64,000 nucleotides of DNA from Gemmatimonas sp. (GCA_965279375.1 OZ257156.1:1312001-1376000), one strand, 5' to 3'; shown: positions 9,433 to 19,764, counted from the stretch's first letter. Numbers and translations are program-made. The notes: generated by a model not told the origin, from the sequence alone.

Positions 9433-10137
9433 GTGAATCTCGCGGTCTTCGATATCGACGGCACGCTGCTCAACAATTTGGCCGGCGAAGACGCGTGCTA
9501 CGCGCAGGCGTTACGCGAGCAGTTGGTGCTCGCCGACCTCGACACCGACTGGGCCAGGTACGAGCACGTGTCCGACGATGGCATCGCGACCGAGGCCTAT
9601 GCGCGGGCGTATGGATGCGCCCCGACCGCCGTGCTGCGGACCGCGACCATTGATCGCTTCGTGGCGCTCCTGCGCGCGGCGCATGTGTCGTCCACGCCGC
9701 TGGTGGCCCTGCGCGGTGCGCATGAGGTGCTCACAGCGCTCCCGACGCGTGGGTGGGCGGTCGCGATGGCGACCGGGGCGTGGCGCCGCGCCGCGGAGTA
9801 CAAGCTCGCGGCGGCGGGCCTGCCGGTCGCCGACGTGCCGCTGGCGACGTCGGAAGATGGTCCGGCCCGCGTCGCGATCGTTCGCAGTGCCATCGCGCGC
9901 GCGCAGGCCCAGTGGGGCGTCCCCGAGTTTGCCCGCGTGGTCGCGATCGGCGATGGGGTCTGGGACGTGCGGGCGGCACAGGCGCTTCACCTGCCATTTG
10001 CTGGGGTGGGCGTCGGGCCATCGGTCGATCGCTTGCGCGGTGCCGGGGCATCGCACATCATCGCGGACTATGCGGATCTTGCGGGCACGCTCCGAGTGTT
10101 CGACCAAGTGCAAGTTCCGCGCACGGCGGCTCTCTAA
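9433..10137 (+). CDS. HAD-superfamily hydrolase (copy 1)
   Basis: FDIDGTL motif I, IGDGVWD motif IV. Confidence 0.9.
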   Translation: MNLAVFDIDGTLLNNLAGEDACYAQALREQLVLADLDTDWARYEHVSDDGIATEAYARAYGCAPTAVLRTATIDRFVALLRAAHVSSTPLVALRGAHEVLTALPTRGWAVAMATGAWRRAAEYKLAAAGLPVADVPLATSEDGPARVAIVRSAIARAQAQWGVPEFARVVAIGDGVWDVRAAQALHLPFAGVGVGPSVDRLRGAGASHIIADYADLAGTLRVFDQVQVPRTAAL

Positions 10138-10241
10138 CCTGGCGTTGCGGCAGACAGGGCCTTCAAGGATTGCTCCCTGTTCGCTGCGCTCACTGGTCGC
10201 ATCCTATTGAAGGGCCCTGCTACCGAACGCTATCGTTAGAC
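10132..10241 (+). repeat. attC site, family A
   Basis: CTCTAAC...GTTAGAC. Confidence 0.92.
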
Positions 10242-10390
10242 GGCGAATGACGAACGGTGTGCCAACGTCAGATCTGGTGTGCGATTCCGCACCGCGCGGT
10301 ACCGCGCGCCGGCTATCCTTCACCCGATCGCGCGCGGTGGGCCTCCGGCCTATCGGCTGTCCGCGCGGGTTCAATGGACGGAGTCTTCCG

Positions 10391-10804
10391 ATGCAGCCAA
10401 TGCGATGCGCCCGATTCGTGGGTGTGAGTGCGACCCTCTTTCTCGCGGCCTGCGGCTGCAACGCCATGGGGTATCCGGCCATCGATGGCCTCGTGCAGGA
10501 CCGCGTGACGGGTCGGCCCGTCGCGATGGCGGGCGCCACGGTGCGCTACAGCAACGAATTGCAGGCCGCAGTCGAGCGGGTCGTCCCGGCGGCCGACACG
10601 GGGAATCGGCTGTGGCTTTGTTGCACGCCCGGCCGCTGGCGCGTGCAGATCGACCAAGCGGGCTACGTCCCCTTCGATACGTCGCTCCGCGTGCGCGCGG
10701 AGGGGCGCTGCGACCGGCCCGTCTTGGTTCGCCTGATTGCCCGCTTGCAGCCGCGGCCGGTCGCCGCGTCGCGTCGCGCGCCCGTGGGTCGGACGACGGG
10801 CTAG
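10391..10804 (+). CDS. Putative lipoprotein with carboxypeptidase-regulatory-like fold
   Basis: Lipobox LAAC; GLVQDRVTGRPV...PGRWRVQIDQAGY; start uncertain. Confidence 0.6.
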   Translation: MQPMRCARFVGVSATLFLAACGCNAMGYPAIDGLVQDRVTGRPVAMAGATVRYSNELQAAVERVVPAADTGNRLWLCCTPGRWRVQIDQAGYVPFDTSLRVRAEGRCDRPVLVRLIARLQPRPVAASRRAPVGRTTG

Positions 10805-10987
10805 GTCGCGGTCACGGCGCGTGTCGGTGCGCGATGTCGGTGGTGTGCCCGGGGGCTGGCGAACCGCGTCCAAGCGCGCGCGTCGCGCCGGATTGCCGCA
10901 CATTTCCCGGCGTGATGGGTAGCAGCGCCGGCGCCCGCCGAGGGGTGGCGCGCACGAACTCGACCAGGCGCGATCGCGCCGGAGCCA

Positions 10988-11365
10988 ATGCCAATGTCCC
11001 AGGTGCTGTCGCCCATAGCCGCGCCGCGGAGTCCGGCCGAAGCAACGCTCTTCGCGCGGGAGCACGACGCGTTGGAGCGTCTCTACATTCTCCGTGGACA
11101 GCTCGACTTTCTCCGCGCGCGCCAGAACATGTCGGCGTCGCCAAGCAACGAGGCGGCGTATCCGGGGGCACTCTCCCGTCTTGAGCGCTCGTATGGAACG
11201 GCGGTGCGGGAGTACGAAGCGGTGCATGCGGCGCGGCTGACGTCGGCGTCCGTCGCGGTCCCGTCAAGCCCGGTGATGGCGTGGGATCCGCTCGTCGGCC
11301 GCCTCCTCTTCCTCGGAATGACGACCGCGGTGCTGCTGCTGATCGTGGGGCGGCGGCGAATCTAG
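10988..11365 (+). CDS. Hypothetical protein with C-terminal TM helix
   Basis: GGAG RBS; hydrophobic C-terminus followed by RRR. Confidence 0.6.
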   Translation: MPMSQVLSPIAAPRSPAEATLFAREHDALERLYILRGQLDFLRARQNMSASPSNEAAYPGALSRLERSYGTAVREYEAVHAARLTSASVAVPSSPVMAWDPLVGRLLFLGMTTAVLLLIVGRRRI

Positions 11366-11412
11366 CGCGGCGCATCGGCGCCTACCTCAGGATGGTCGGT
11401 GCGGGATTCGCC

Positions 11413-11525
11413 GTCTAACAGTGCGTTGCTGTTGACAACGGCTTCAAGGATTGCGGCCCATTGCTCGCTGCGCTCGCTGGCCGCAACCTATTGAAAGCCG
11501 TTGCAACAGAACGCGAACGTTAGAC
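11413..11525 (+). repeat. attC site, family A
   Basis: GTCTAAC...GTTAGAC. Confidence 0.92.
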
Positions 11526-11549
11526 CGCGGTACATGAGGTTGTGTTCGA

Positions 11550-14165
11550 TCAGCTTGAGCGAACGGACCGATACGAAATCGTTCGCTTGCGCCGCAACCA
11601 AGGAGCACTTTCCCATAATTCGGTGCTTTCGCCGCGCGCCTCTGCCGCCAGTTCAACAATAGTTCGAAGAAGTGTCGCTTCCTCGTAGTCGACAATTCGA
11701 CTGTTCGCCCCGAAGTGCTCCCTCAAACCGCATTCAAAGGTCTCGTCGTCGTCTCGATAGCTGCCGACGTCAGGCTGACCCGCACTCGATATCGGGACAA
11801 GCAATGCTTCTCGCGACGAATCGGGATACCGACTTCGGGAAATGCCCGGTATCGTCCATGGCCCTGCTCTTTCGCCATACGCCAGGACGAGCTCACTAGA
11901 AGATTCGACAACAGCCTTGAACTCGGCGGCACTAACAAGTCTGCTCGCCCCAGGACGAGTGACAATTGTAATCCACTCTAAACTGGTCTCTTTTAGTACA
12001 TCGCATCCATAGTGCCCGGCAACCTCACTGAGGAATGCGTACCGACTGGAAATGAAGTCAGACTCTCCGATACGATCGACTGCTCGAACTATGAATGGCT
12101 TCAAGTCCTGGAGGATCCGGCCTCTAAACGCCTCCGAATCCCATTCAAGCGGAGTGGATCTTGAGGCGTCAAGATCTACGTCTCCGATATTGATCACTCC
12201 GAACAAACCGGAAGTCGGAAGCGTCTTGATCGCGAAGCCTTTGGAGCAGAGGACGAGGCCGCTACGCTCAGGAACAGCCACGACGCGCATGTCTGGAGTG
12301 ACAAGCTCGGGTTGAGAACCAGGCCACCTATCTGCCGGAAGGCCCTCGTCATCGCGTGTCCGCGCTATCCGGGCGGACGATCGCACTGTCGCGTCCTTCG
12401 ATTCGCGAATGCGACGTGCGGAAGTCGTCGCTACCGTCGCACGGCTAGCCACAAACGTTGCCAAATCAGCTTGGGAAACGGTTTGCCACCAATTCGGCTC
12501 AATCACCGAATCTTCGCCTAGCTCAGATACTTTGATCGGAATCGGTAGCATAGGCGCTCTCGCCCGAACAATGCGAGCCAATGACTCGAAATCGCCAACG
12601 CGATCCTTGGCGAGAATCACTGACACAGATGTTCCCGTACGTAAGCCGGGTGCACCCTTCGATAACGCTCCTCGGCGTCCAACACCGTGGAGCACGAGCG
12701 TCAATCCGGGCCCACTGACTCGCTGACTCCGGACTTCGACATCTTCACCAAGCATGAAGACTGACAAGAATCCGATTCCGAATCGACCTACTGGAGAGAA
12801 GGTCGATTCAGCTAGGCGCGGAAAATCTGAGAAAAGGTCCGCTGATTTCCAGTAATTCGAAGCTATACCAAGCAGATAGCTAGAGATCACCTTCTCGCTC
12901 ATTCCCACACCGTTGTCCGAGACGGAAAGCGTAGCCCGTTCGTCACTCGCGTCGAGGGATACCGTGATCTCTCCCACGGTTGGAGTCGCGCCATCCAGTG
13001 ATTCGCGAGCGGTGCGGAGGAAAATCGCGTCACGAGCGTTTTGAAGGAGCTCACGAATCGGTGCGAACTGATCATTTCGATAAAGTGTGCGTCCGCCTAA
13101 AAGATCGACGAGCCGCTCTACAGAGTCTGAGCGAAATCGAACATCCACGGGAGCGAAGCCACTGGGAGCTACGAGCGCCGCAAAAGCCTGCGGGCTGCGA
13201 ATTGACTTCACTCCTTCTAGTGAAAATCGACCAATCGATGCCGTCCGCCCACGAAGATAGTCTCCGACTGCAGCGATCTCCTTATCCAAGCCGCTGCACA
13301 TCTCGTAGTAGATCCACCAGGCGTCAACATCGTCGATCGGTTGAAGCGAGGCGTATACAAGCAGTGATCCTTCACGATGCGGACCAACAATCCGCTCCTG
13401 AGCGAGCCAGTGCTTCACACTGTCCTCGCCGACGCTGCTTCGGAGAGCACGCTCAAGGCTCGGCGCGCGCTCGCAGTTGATGTGAGCGAAATCGACAACT
13501 CGAAGGAGGCTGGCCAGATATCCCAAATCGATGGTAGATCCGAGAGGCGACGGAATTGCTCCGCGCCGGCCGATCTCGTCGTCTAGTCGACGCAGTGACC
13601 AGTGATGGCTGGCGGCAACCGTGCCGATCATGTAGGCCCATCTATCGCGGACGGCCATTGTCTCGATCAGAAAGCGGTCAAGTCCAGGAAGTGCTTCAGT
13701 TGCTAGGGCCAATGCGTTCGACGCGTGCAACTCCCTTGCACTTACTCGCAAAGCGGTGCGTTTCGCTTCCGCCGGAGAGCAGCCATCAACACTTTCGAGT
13801 CGCGATGCGGTTGTACGAAATGTCTCCGTTGCCTCGAGCTTTGCACGTCCATCGGCAGTTGCCGCGAGCGCCATACCAAGATCATGAACATAGAAGCTTG
13901 CCCCCAATACAAACGCTTCTCCTGCATTCAGCTGCGAAGACTCATCTGGAGTAAGGACTTGATCCAGTACGGTCCACAACGCGTCCATGTGCGTGACCGA
14001 GTGATCCGTGAAGTCCGGTATCAACTCTTGCACTTTGGCGCTAATGGCCGCAGCAACGGTACGAATGCCCGTCAGGGCCTGCGCAAGCTCAGGATCGGTC
14101 TCGAGGATGCTCCACAAGCGTGACTTTGTGACAACCGGAGGAACTGGCATAGATTGGCTGCGCAA
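11550..14165 (-). CDS. HD-CE-like domain fused to HSP90-like GHKL ATPase
   Basis: PDFTDHSVTH, YVHDLGM, LLRVVD; LY...IRELLQNARDA, DNGVGM, GRFGIGFLSVFM; start may be 14150. Confidence 0.85.
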   Translation of the reverse strand: MRSQSMPVPPVVTKSRLWSILETDPELAQALTGIRTVAAAISAKVQELIPDFTDHSVTHMDALWTVLDQVLTPDESSQLNAGEAFVLGASFYVHDLGMALAATADGRAKLEATETFRTTASRLESVDGCSPAEAKRTALRVSARELHASNALALATEALPGLDRFLIETMAVRDRWAYMIGTVAASHHWSLRRLDDEIGRRGAIPSPLGSTIDLGYLASLLRVVDFAHINCERAPSLERALRSSVGEDSVKHWLAQERIVGPHREGSLLVYASLQPIDDVDAWWIYYEMCSGLDKEIAAVGDYLRGRTASIGRFSLEGVKSIRSPQAFAALVAPSGFAPVDVRFRSDSVERLVDLLGGRTLYRNDQFAPIRELLQNARDAIFLRTARESLDGATPTVGEITVSLDASDERATLSVSDNGVGMSEKVISSYLLGIASNYWKSADLFSDFPRLAESTFSPVGRFGIGFLSVFMLGEDVEVRSQRVSGPGLTLVLHGVGRRGALSKGAPGLRTGTSVSVILAKDRVGDFESLARIVRARAPMLPIPIKVSELGEDSVIEPNWWQTVSQADLATFVASRATVATTSARRIRESKDATVRSSARIARTRDDEGLPADRWPGSQPELVTPDMRVVAVPERSGLVLCSKGFAIKTLPTSGLFGVINIGDVDLDASRSTPLEWDSEAFRGRILQDLKPFIVRAVDRIGESDFISSRYAFLSEVAGHYGCDVLKETSLEWITIVTRPGASRLVSAAEFKAVVESSSELVLAYGERAGPWTIPGISRSRYPDSSREALLVPISSAGQPDVGSYRDDDETFECGLREHFGANSRIVDYEEATLLRTIVELAAEARGESTELWESAPWLRRKRTISYRSVRSS

Positions 14166-14379
14166 TGAGGTGGCTCAGGCGTGCTATTGGACAACGAATA
14201 GTGGAGCCAACTCTCAGAAGTGGCCAGTAGATTGACCGGTCGCCTTAGCGAAACACAGCGCTACCGCACAGGGTGGCTTGGATTCCCTACAGGATTACTC
14301 GTCTGGTGTTCGTCCCTTCGGAGATCTCAGTCTCGGGCCAGATGCGCATTCGGGGGGAGCCAGCACGTCGCCGCCCGCG

Positions 14380-14489
14380 GTCTAACCTTGCGTTGCTGCT
14401 GACAGGGCCTTCAAAGTAGCGGCCTTGCTCGCTGCGCTCGCTGGCCGCAACTTGTTGAAGGGCCCTGCAGCAGAACGCGAGCGTTAGGT
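14380..14489 (+). repeat. attC site, family A
   Basis: GTCTAAC...GTTAGGT. Confidence 0.92.
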
Positions 14490-14525
14490 GGCACTCAGAT
14501 CGTCAATTCAATCTGCGACGACTCC

Positions 14526-15902
14526 TCATCTCGCAATGTGCTGTCCGTCGTCGCTACCGCTCAGAAGCTCTCGGAGGTTTGATGCGGGCACAAATGCGTG
14601 AGCTTTCCCGATCTTGCGCTGACTAAGCAGGCCCTGCGCGACCAGCTTCATCAAGTCACTTCTCGCAGTTTCGTAGCTTACCCCGTGCGAGATCTTGTGT
14701 GATTCCACCGAGTATCGCGATAGAGGCTTCTTCAGTGCATGATTGATCAGCGCAAGCTGTCGCTGGTTGAGCTCTGCGTTCACAGCCGATGCTCGCCGTA
14801 CTATTTCCTCTGCTTCATGAATCTCCGCCGCCTTTCGCGCTAGGTACTCGTGCAAATCTCCTATCGCCCGGAGGAGTACCCGCATCTGGTAAAGTAAGAA
14901 GTACGTAGCATCATTTTCGTCGCTCTCCGTATACAGGTATGCCCTCGCGTACTGAGCACGTGCCTTTCGAAGAATGCGTGAGATCGACACGTACTCGCAG
15001 AGCCAGTATCCTTGCCGCGCCATTGACCAGTAGAAGAGCGCGCGGGCCGTTCGTCCGTTCCCATCAACGAACGGATGATCGTATGCAAGCCAAAAGTGCA
15101 GAAGGATTGCTCGTACGGCCGGCGGCACGAACTCGGTCGGCTCAGCTCCATTCGCGAACTCGCACATCTTCTGCATCCGCTCCTCGAGCTCATGCGCAGG
15201 AGGCGGCGTATGTAAGCGTGTTCCAGTTTCGTCCTCGACTACAATGTCTTCCTCGGCGCGCCTAAACCTTCCAGCCGCGTCCGGGTCATCCAATGCGCCG
15301 TCGGTTAGCTTCCTCTGAAGTTCCTTGACGATCTCAGGCGTGAGAGGGCTTCCGATGAACTGCCGCACGTACAGCATGCCCTGAAAGTTGTTCAGGATCA
15401 TTCGTTCGCTTCGATTTCGTGGTGCGCGACCCTCCTGAATCATTGCTTTGGCGACCTTTCTGGTCGTTGAAGCACCTTCGAGCTGACTTGAGGTAATCGC
15501 TTCCTCGACAATCGACTTGAACAGGTACGTATCTCGCGTTGCAGGGTTCGTGACCTGCTCACTACCCTGAATGTTCCCTCCCGCATTGCGGTCGATCTGA
15601 TGCAGCATTTCTAGTGCGGGATTCGGAAGCGCGTACTGGAACGGTCTACCCTGCACGTCCTTCAGCGGGAGTCGGCGATACAGTGCCCGCCTCGCCAGCT
15701 TTACTGCGATCCACTGTTCCTCGGCAGTGAACTGCTTTGATGGGGGCGCGTGCCTGAATGTGTCCCAGTGGCGGTATTTCCCGCCTGGCGCCGCTCCGAA
15801 CCCCTCTCGCATTAGATCGTCGAATCGGTCGGTTCCATGCGTGCCAGAGAGCAGGTCGCTCAGCAGCTTTCCGAACGTCGGCGGTGGAACGGGCAACTTC
15901 AT
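14526..15902 (-). CDS. Fic-family protein with C-terminal winged HTH
   Basis: Canonical HPFVDGNGRTAR; SSQLEG inhibitory-type motif; VSYETARSDLMKLV HTH. Confidence 0.92.
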   Translation of the reverse strand: MKLPVPPPTFGKLLSDLLSGTHGTDRFDDLMREGFGAAPGGKYRHWDTFRHAPPSKQFTAEEQWIAVKLARRALYRRLPLKDVQGRPFQYALPNPALEMLHQIDRNAGGNIQGSEQVTNPATRDTYLFKSIVEEAITSSQLEGASTTRKVAKAMIQEGRAPRNRSERMILNNFQGMLYVRQFIGSPLTPEIVKELQRKLTDGALDDPDAAGRFRRAEEDIVVEDETGTRLHTPPPAHELEERMQKMCEFANGAEPTEFVPPAVRAILLHFWLAYDHPFVDGNGRTARALFYWSMARQGYWLCEYVSISRILRKARAQYARAYLYTESDENDATYFLLYQMRVLLRAIGDLHEYLARKAAEIHEAEEIVRRASAVNAELNQRQLALINHALKKPLSRYSVESHKISHGVSYETARSDLMKLVAQGLLSQRKIGKAHAFVPASNLRELLSGSDDGQHIAR

Positions 15903-16000
15903 TGTGGCAGGCCCTGAGGTAAGCGGACGGCAAACTACCAGTTGCTACTAATTGGTACGATATTAGGAGTTGTTTAGGCCAGCCGCAATGCCAAGTACTA

Positions 16001-16076
16001 AGTTTGGACAAACTAGTAGTAAACTTGGAGTGATCCGATGTAGAGTCAAGCTAAAGCATTTGCTCATAATGCTTTA
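16001..16076. promoter_or_regulatory. AT-rich region with operator-like palindromes upstream of the fic gene
   Basis: TAAAGCATT-N7-AATGCTTTA (16052-16076) and AGTTTG-N2-CAAACT (16001-16014). Confidence 0.45.
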
Positions 16077-16271
16077 CGGATCTTTCGATGATTCGCGCTC
16101 TCGCCCTCCTTGCCCGAGATGTGACAGTACCCGCTCGCACAGAAACAGGAGTGGCAGGGAAGACCAGCCGAGAAGACACTCCGCCGCGAGAGAATCACGA
16201 CAGAATGCCGAAGCGAGCAGAACACAGGACGCGTAGGCGGAATCTGAGAAAGTTCGATACACCGCCGCGCC

Positions 16272-16382
16272 ACCTAACCTTGCGTTGCTGCTGACAGGGC
16301 CTTCCGGACTGCCGCCATTGCTCGCTCCGCTCGCTGGCGGCATCCTATGGAAGGGCCCTGCAGCAGAACGCGGTCGTTAGGT
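16272..16382 (+). repeat. attC site, family A
   Basis: ACCTAAC...GTTAGGT. Confidence 0.92.
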
Positions 16383-16405
16383 GGTGCGCAGGCATTGGTT
16401 GATTC

Positions 16406-17443
16406 TTGGTGTCTTCTACGTCTCTCACTGAGGCATTCGTGCCAGCATTCTGGATGGTTCGTGCAGGCGAAGCCGGTCGGATCGTGGCGGACTTCGAGCG
16501 TCTGAATCTCGTCGCGGTCGGCTGGTCTGCCGTGGGCGATCTGTCGCCATTTGCCTCGGTCGATGCGATGCGCGCGGCTGTTGCGCGCGCATATCCTGAG
16601 TCGAAGCCCGGCAACGTTGTCATCTCCGGAAGCACGCTCATGAAGTTCCGGAGCGTCTTTGCGCAGGGCGACCGCGTCGTCACGTACGATCCACCAGCAC
16701 GTGAATACCTGCTGGGCACCGTGAGCGGTGACTACGCCTTCCGACCTGGACTCATCCCGGACTATCCGCACACCCGCTCCGTTCGATGGAGCGGACGCGT
16801 GAGTCGCGATAGGCTGTCCGCGAGTGCCAAGAACACTCTCGGCAGTATCGTCACGCTGTTCCAGCCCAGCGACGAAGCCTTAGCTGAGCTCGAAGCACTG
16901 CTGAGCGGGAAGCCAGCACCGGTTGCGCCGCTCGTGATCGAAGAGGAGGAGAGCGCCGAGCTAAACGAGGTCCGACTGGACGCGGTCGCTAAGGCCCAGG
17001 AATTCCTGAAGGATCGACTGCTGCGGCTGTCTCCTGAGGAAATGGAGTCGTTGGTCGCGTCGCTACTGCGCGCGATGGGATACAAGGCCAGAGTCACTCA
17101 GAAGGGTCCGGATGGTGGCCGCGATGTCATCGCGTCACCCGACGGCCTCGGTTTTCAATCGCCGCGCATCATCGCGGAGGTGAAGCACCGCCCGCGGGAA
17201 CGGATGGGGCCTGAGCAGATCCGTAGCTTCCTAGGAGGGCTCCGCAGTGGTGACTGCGGGCTGTACGTCAGTATCGGCGGCTATACGCGCGAGGCGCGCT
17301 ACGAGGCAGACCGTGCGACCGTGCCCTTAACTCTCGTCACGCTCGACGATCTGGCGAATCTGATCGTGGAACACTACGAGTCGTTCGATGCCGAGGGCCG
17401 GACGCTCGTGCCTCTCGTCAAGGTGTACTGGCCGGTGTCGTAG
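16406..17443 (+). CDS. Mrr-like restriction endonuclease
   Basis: N-terminal WMVRAG...VAVGW; C-terminal MESLVASLLRAMGY, PDGGRD, EVKH, GLYVSIGGYT; start uncertain. Confidence 0.9.
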   Translation: MVSSTSLTEAFVPAFWMVRAGEAGRIVADFERLNLVAVGWSAVGDLSPFASVDAMRAAVARAYPESKPGNVVISGSTLMKFRSVFAQGDRVVTYDPPAREYLLGTVSGDYAFRPGLIPDYPHTRSVRWSGRVSRDRLSASAKNTLGSIVTLFQPSDEALAELEALLSGKPAPVAPLVIEEEESAELNEVRLDAVAKAQEFLKDRLLRLSPEEMESLVASLLRAMGYKARVTQKGPDGGRDVIASPDGLGFQSPRIIAEVKHRPRERMGPEQIRSFLGGLRSGDCGLYVSIGGYTREARYEADRATVPLTLVTLDDLANLIVEHYESFDAEGRTLVPLVKVYWPVS

Positions 17444-17451
17444 CGGGCACC

Positions 17452-17571
17452 ACCTAACCTTGCGTTGGTGCAGACAGCCGCTCAGCGGTGCGCCGTGTAA
17501 CTGCGGCGCTGGCGCGCCTGCGTTCACGGCTTCCTATTCTGAGCGGCCGCAGCACAACGCAATCGTTAGGC
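17452..17571 (+). repeat. attC site, family B
   Basis: ACCTAAC...GTTAGGC. Confidence 0.92.
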
Positions 17572-17608
17572 AGTCCCAACGTAACTACACTCCACACAGG
17601 ATACGCAC

Positions 17609-18154
17609 GTGCGGAAGATTCTACTTCTTGTAGCAGTGCTAACTCCAGCTATATCGGCATGTAGCCGCGACGCCGACGAAGCGCGAGAACTCGCTGTACT
17701 GAGAGCGAGGTTGGACTCCCTTCAACTAGTAGTGAAGAAGATCGAATTCGACGCGAAGTATGCCGATTTCTTCTCCAAGGTCGATGGGATCGCCTACCTT
17801 ACGCCAGGATCGTCAGGATACTCTCTCATCCAAAGCGATTTGGGCAAGCTCGCGGTCTCGCTTGAAGATGTTCGTCCGTATGCAAATGGAACCCGAATCG
17901 TCTTAAGCATTGGCAACCTTACCTCTGCCACAATCAACGGCGCAAAGGCGAGTATCGAGTGGGGGAGCGTGGACTCGGCTGGGTCTCCGAGGAATGAGGC
18001 GGCGAAGTCTCGCGATGCAACCTTCGCGGAACATCTCCCCGCGGGCGCCTGGACGCAGGTCCCTTTGGTACTCGACGGTGTCCTGCCGGCTGAGTTCGGC
18101 TTCGTTCGAATCAAGGATGTAACTCACACGGGTATCGGACTCCGAAAGCCGTAG
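17609..18154 (+). CDS. Lipoprotein, DUF3251-like
   Basis: Lipobox ISAC; AYLTPGSSGY...LGKLAVSLEDVRPYANGTRI...LPAGAW. Confidence 0.7.
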   Translation: MRKILLLVAVLTPAISACSRDADEARELAVLRARLDSLQLVVKKIEFDAKYADFFSKVDGIAYLTPGSSGYSLIQSDLGKLAVSLEDVRPYANGTRIVLSIGNLTSATINGAKASIEWGSVDSAGSPRNEAAKSRDATFAEHLPAGAWTQVPLVLDGVLPAEFGFVRIKDVTHTGIGLRKP

Positions 18155-18254
18155 TCCGGCTGCCGACTAGTCCACGAGTCGCAACGCACTTCAAGTGTGC
18201 GAACAGCTGCACCTCGTAGAGTCTGTTTCTATCACAAGCAAGTACTCAATCTCA

Positions 18255-18860
18255 ATGAACGCTCAACTCACTCTCGAGTACGCAAAGCTTCTGCTTGGAT
18301 GGCCAATCGTGACGCTCGTCATCTCGACCATTTTCGTACGCACATTCCGCCCTCAGATCGCCTCGCTGCTCGAGCGCCCATTGAAGCTGGAGTGGCCAGG
18401 GGGAGGCGCTTCGTTCGGATCGCAGGATCGTGCGTCAAGAGCGGAGCTACAGGCGACTACCTCTGTACCAACTGTCCCATCGGCAGGCGTGGAGGTGAAG
18501 CTCCCTGATAGCATCTCAGCCACGTCGACAGGAGGTCAAGATGTGGTCCACCTGATTCAGTCGGAAAGAGCGAACGCCGCACTTTGGGAGTACCGCTACC
18601 TAAACCAGTTTCTGGTTAGATCAACTCAACTTGTTCTAGACTGGATCGCAGGGCTTCCGAATGGTATCTCGACAGCATTCTTCGACTCTCAACTTCAGGC
18701 GCACATTTCGCTCGCCAATGAGAGATTCGCGATTCTGAATGCACTGCAACGCCATCATCTGATCTCTGTTCGCGACGGGCTAATCCAAGTGACTGACAAA
18801 GGGAGAGAATACTTAAGCTGGCGTGGTCCGATGCCACCCATTCCGCCGGGGACTGCCTAA
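18255..18860 (+). CDS. Membrane-anchored protein with C-terminal wHTH-like region
   Basis: LLGWPIVTLVISTIF TM segment; ILNALQRHHLI...VTDKGREYL; stop in attC. Confidence 0.65.
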   Translation: MNAQLTLEYAKLLLGWPIVTLVISTIFVRTFRPQIASLLERPLKLEWPGGGASFGSQDRASRAELQATTSVPTVPSAGVEVKLPDSISATSTGGQDVVHLIQSERANAALWEYRYLNQFLVRSTQLVLDWIAGLPNGISTAFFDSQLQAHISLANERFAILNALQRHHLISVRDGLIQVTDKGREYLSWRGPMPPIPPGTA

Positions 18861-18973
18861 CCTTGCGTTGGTGCAGACAGCCGCTCAGCGGTGCGCCGTG
18901 TAACTGCGGCGCTGCCGCGCCTCCGTTCACGGCTTCCTATTTGAGCGGCTGCAGCACAACGCCATCGTTAGAC
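18855..18973 (+). repeat. attC site, family B
   Basis: GCCTAAC...GTTAGAC. Confidence 0.92.
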
Positions 18974-19127
18974 CGTGGCAACAGTCGGTGGCGTGTCCGC
19001 CAGCGCTCGCACGACATGGTCTCTGGAGTAATGGTTCGCCGGTCCCCACCCGCGACCGGATGGATCGGTCGGCAGCGGCAGCCGAGCGGGGCATGCCCGG
19101 CGCGCGGTTCGCAGGTAGATTTGGGCC

Positions 19128-19445
19128 ATGACGCCCTCGATCCTCACCCGCGCCGACGTGGAAGCCCGCGTGGCCGCCGCCCGCCCGGAGATTCTCCGGT
19201 TGGGCGTGCAGCGTCTGGCGCTTTTCGGCTCCGTGCAGCGGAACGAAGCGCGCGGCGATAGCGACGTGGACGTGTTGGTCGAGTTCGCCGCCGGCCAGAA
19301 GACCTTCGACCATCTCTTGGCGTTGGGGGAGCTGTTGGAAGGAGCGCTGGGCCACCGGGTGGAACTCGTCACAGCCGAATCGCTCTCCCCGTACCTGCGT
19401 CCCTACATCCTCACCGAAGCCCAGGATGTCCTTCGCGCCGCGTGA
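19128..19445 (+). CDS. Minimal nucleotidyltransferase (MNT) antitoxin
   Basis: [22 protein letters not shown] (GS...DxD). Confidence 0.9.
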   Translation: MTPSILTRADVEARVAAARPEILRLGVQRLALFGSVQRNEARGDSDVDVLVEFAAGQKTFDHLLALGELLEGALGHRVELVTAESLSPYLRPYILTEAQDVLRAA

Positions 19446-19764
19446 GTATCTGCGGCATATCGCGGACGAAGCGGCCTATCTCGAGCAGGCGACGAGTGGG
19501 GTGAGTCGGGACGCGTTCCTCGAGGATCCGACGCTGCAGCGCGCGTGCGTGCGCAGCTTCGAGATCATCGGCGAGGCGACCAAGAAGGTGCCCGCGGAGC
19601 TGCGGGCGGCGCACCCCGACGTGGCGTGGCGCGCGATGGCGGGCATGCGAGATCGCTTGATTCACGACTACTTCGGCGTGGATCTCGACCTCGTGTGGGA
19701 CGTGATTCAAGAGAAGATCCCGACGCTCCGCCGCCAGATCGAGCGGATTCTCGCCACGGTCTAA
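19426..19764 (+). CDS. HEPN/DUF86 toxin
   Basis: FEIIGEA...[14 protein letters not shown]. Confidence 0.9.
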   Translation: MSFAPREYLRHIADEAAYLEQATSGVSRDAFLEDPTLQRACVRSFEIIGEATKKVPAELRAAHPDVAWRAMAGMRDRLIHDYFGVDLDLVWDVIQEKIPTLRRQIERILATV

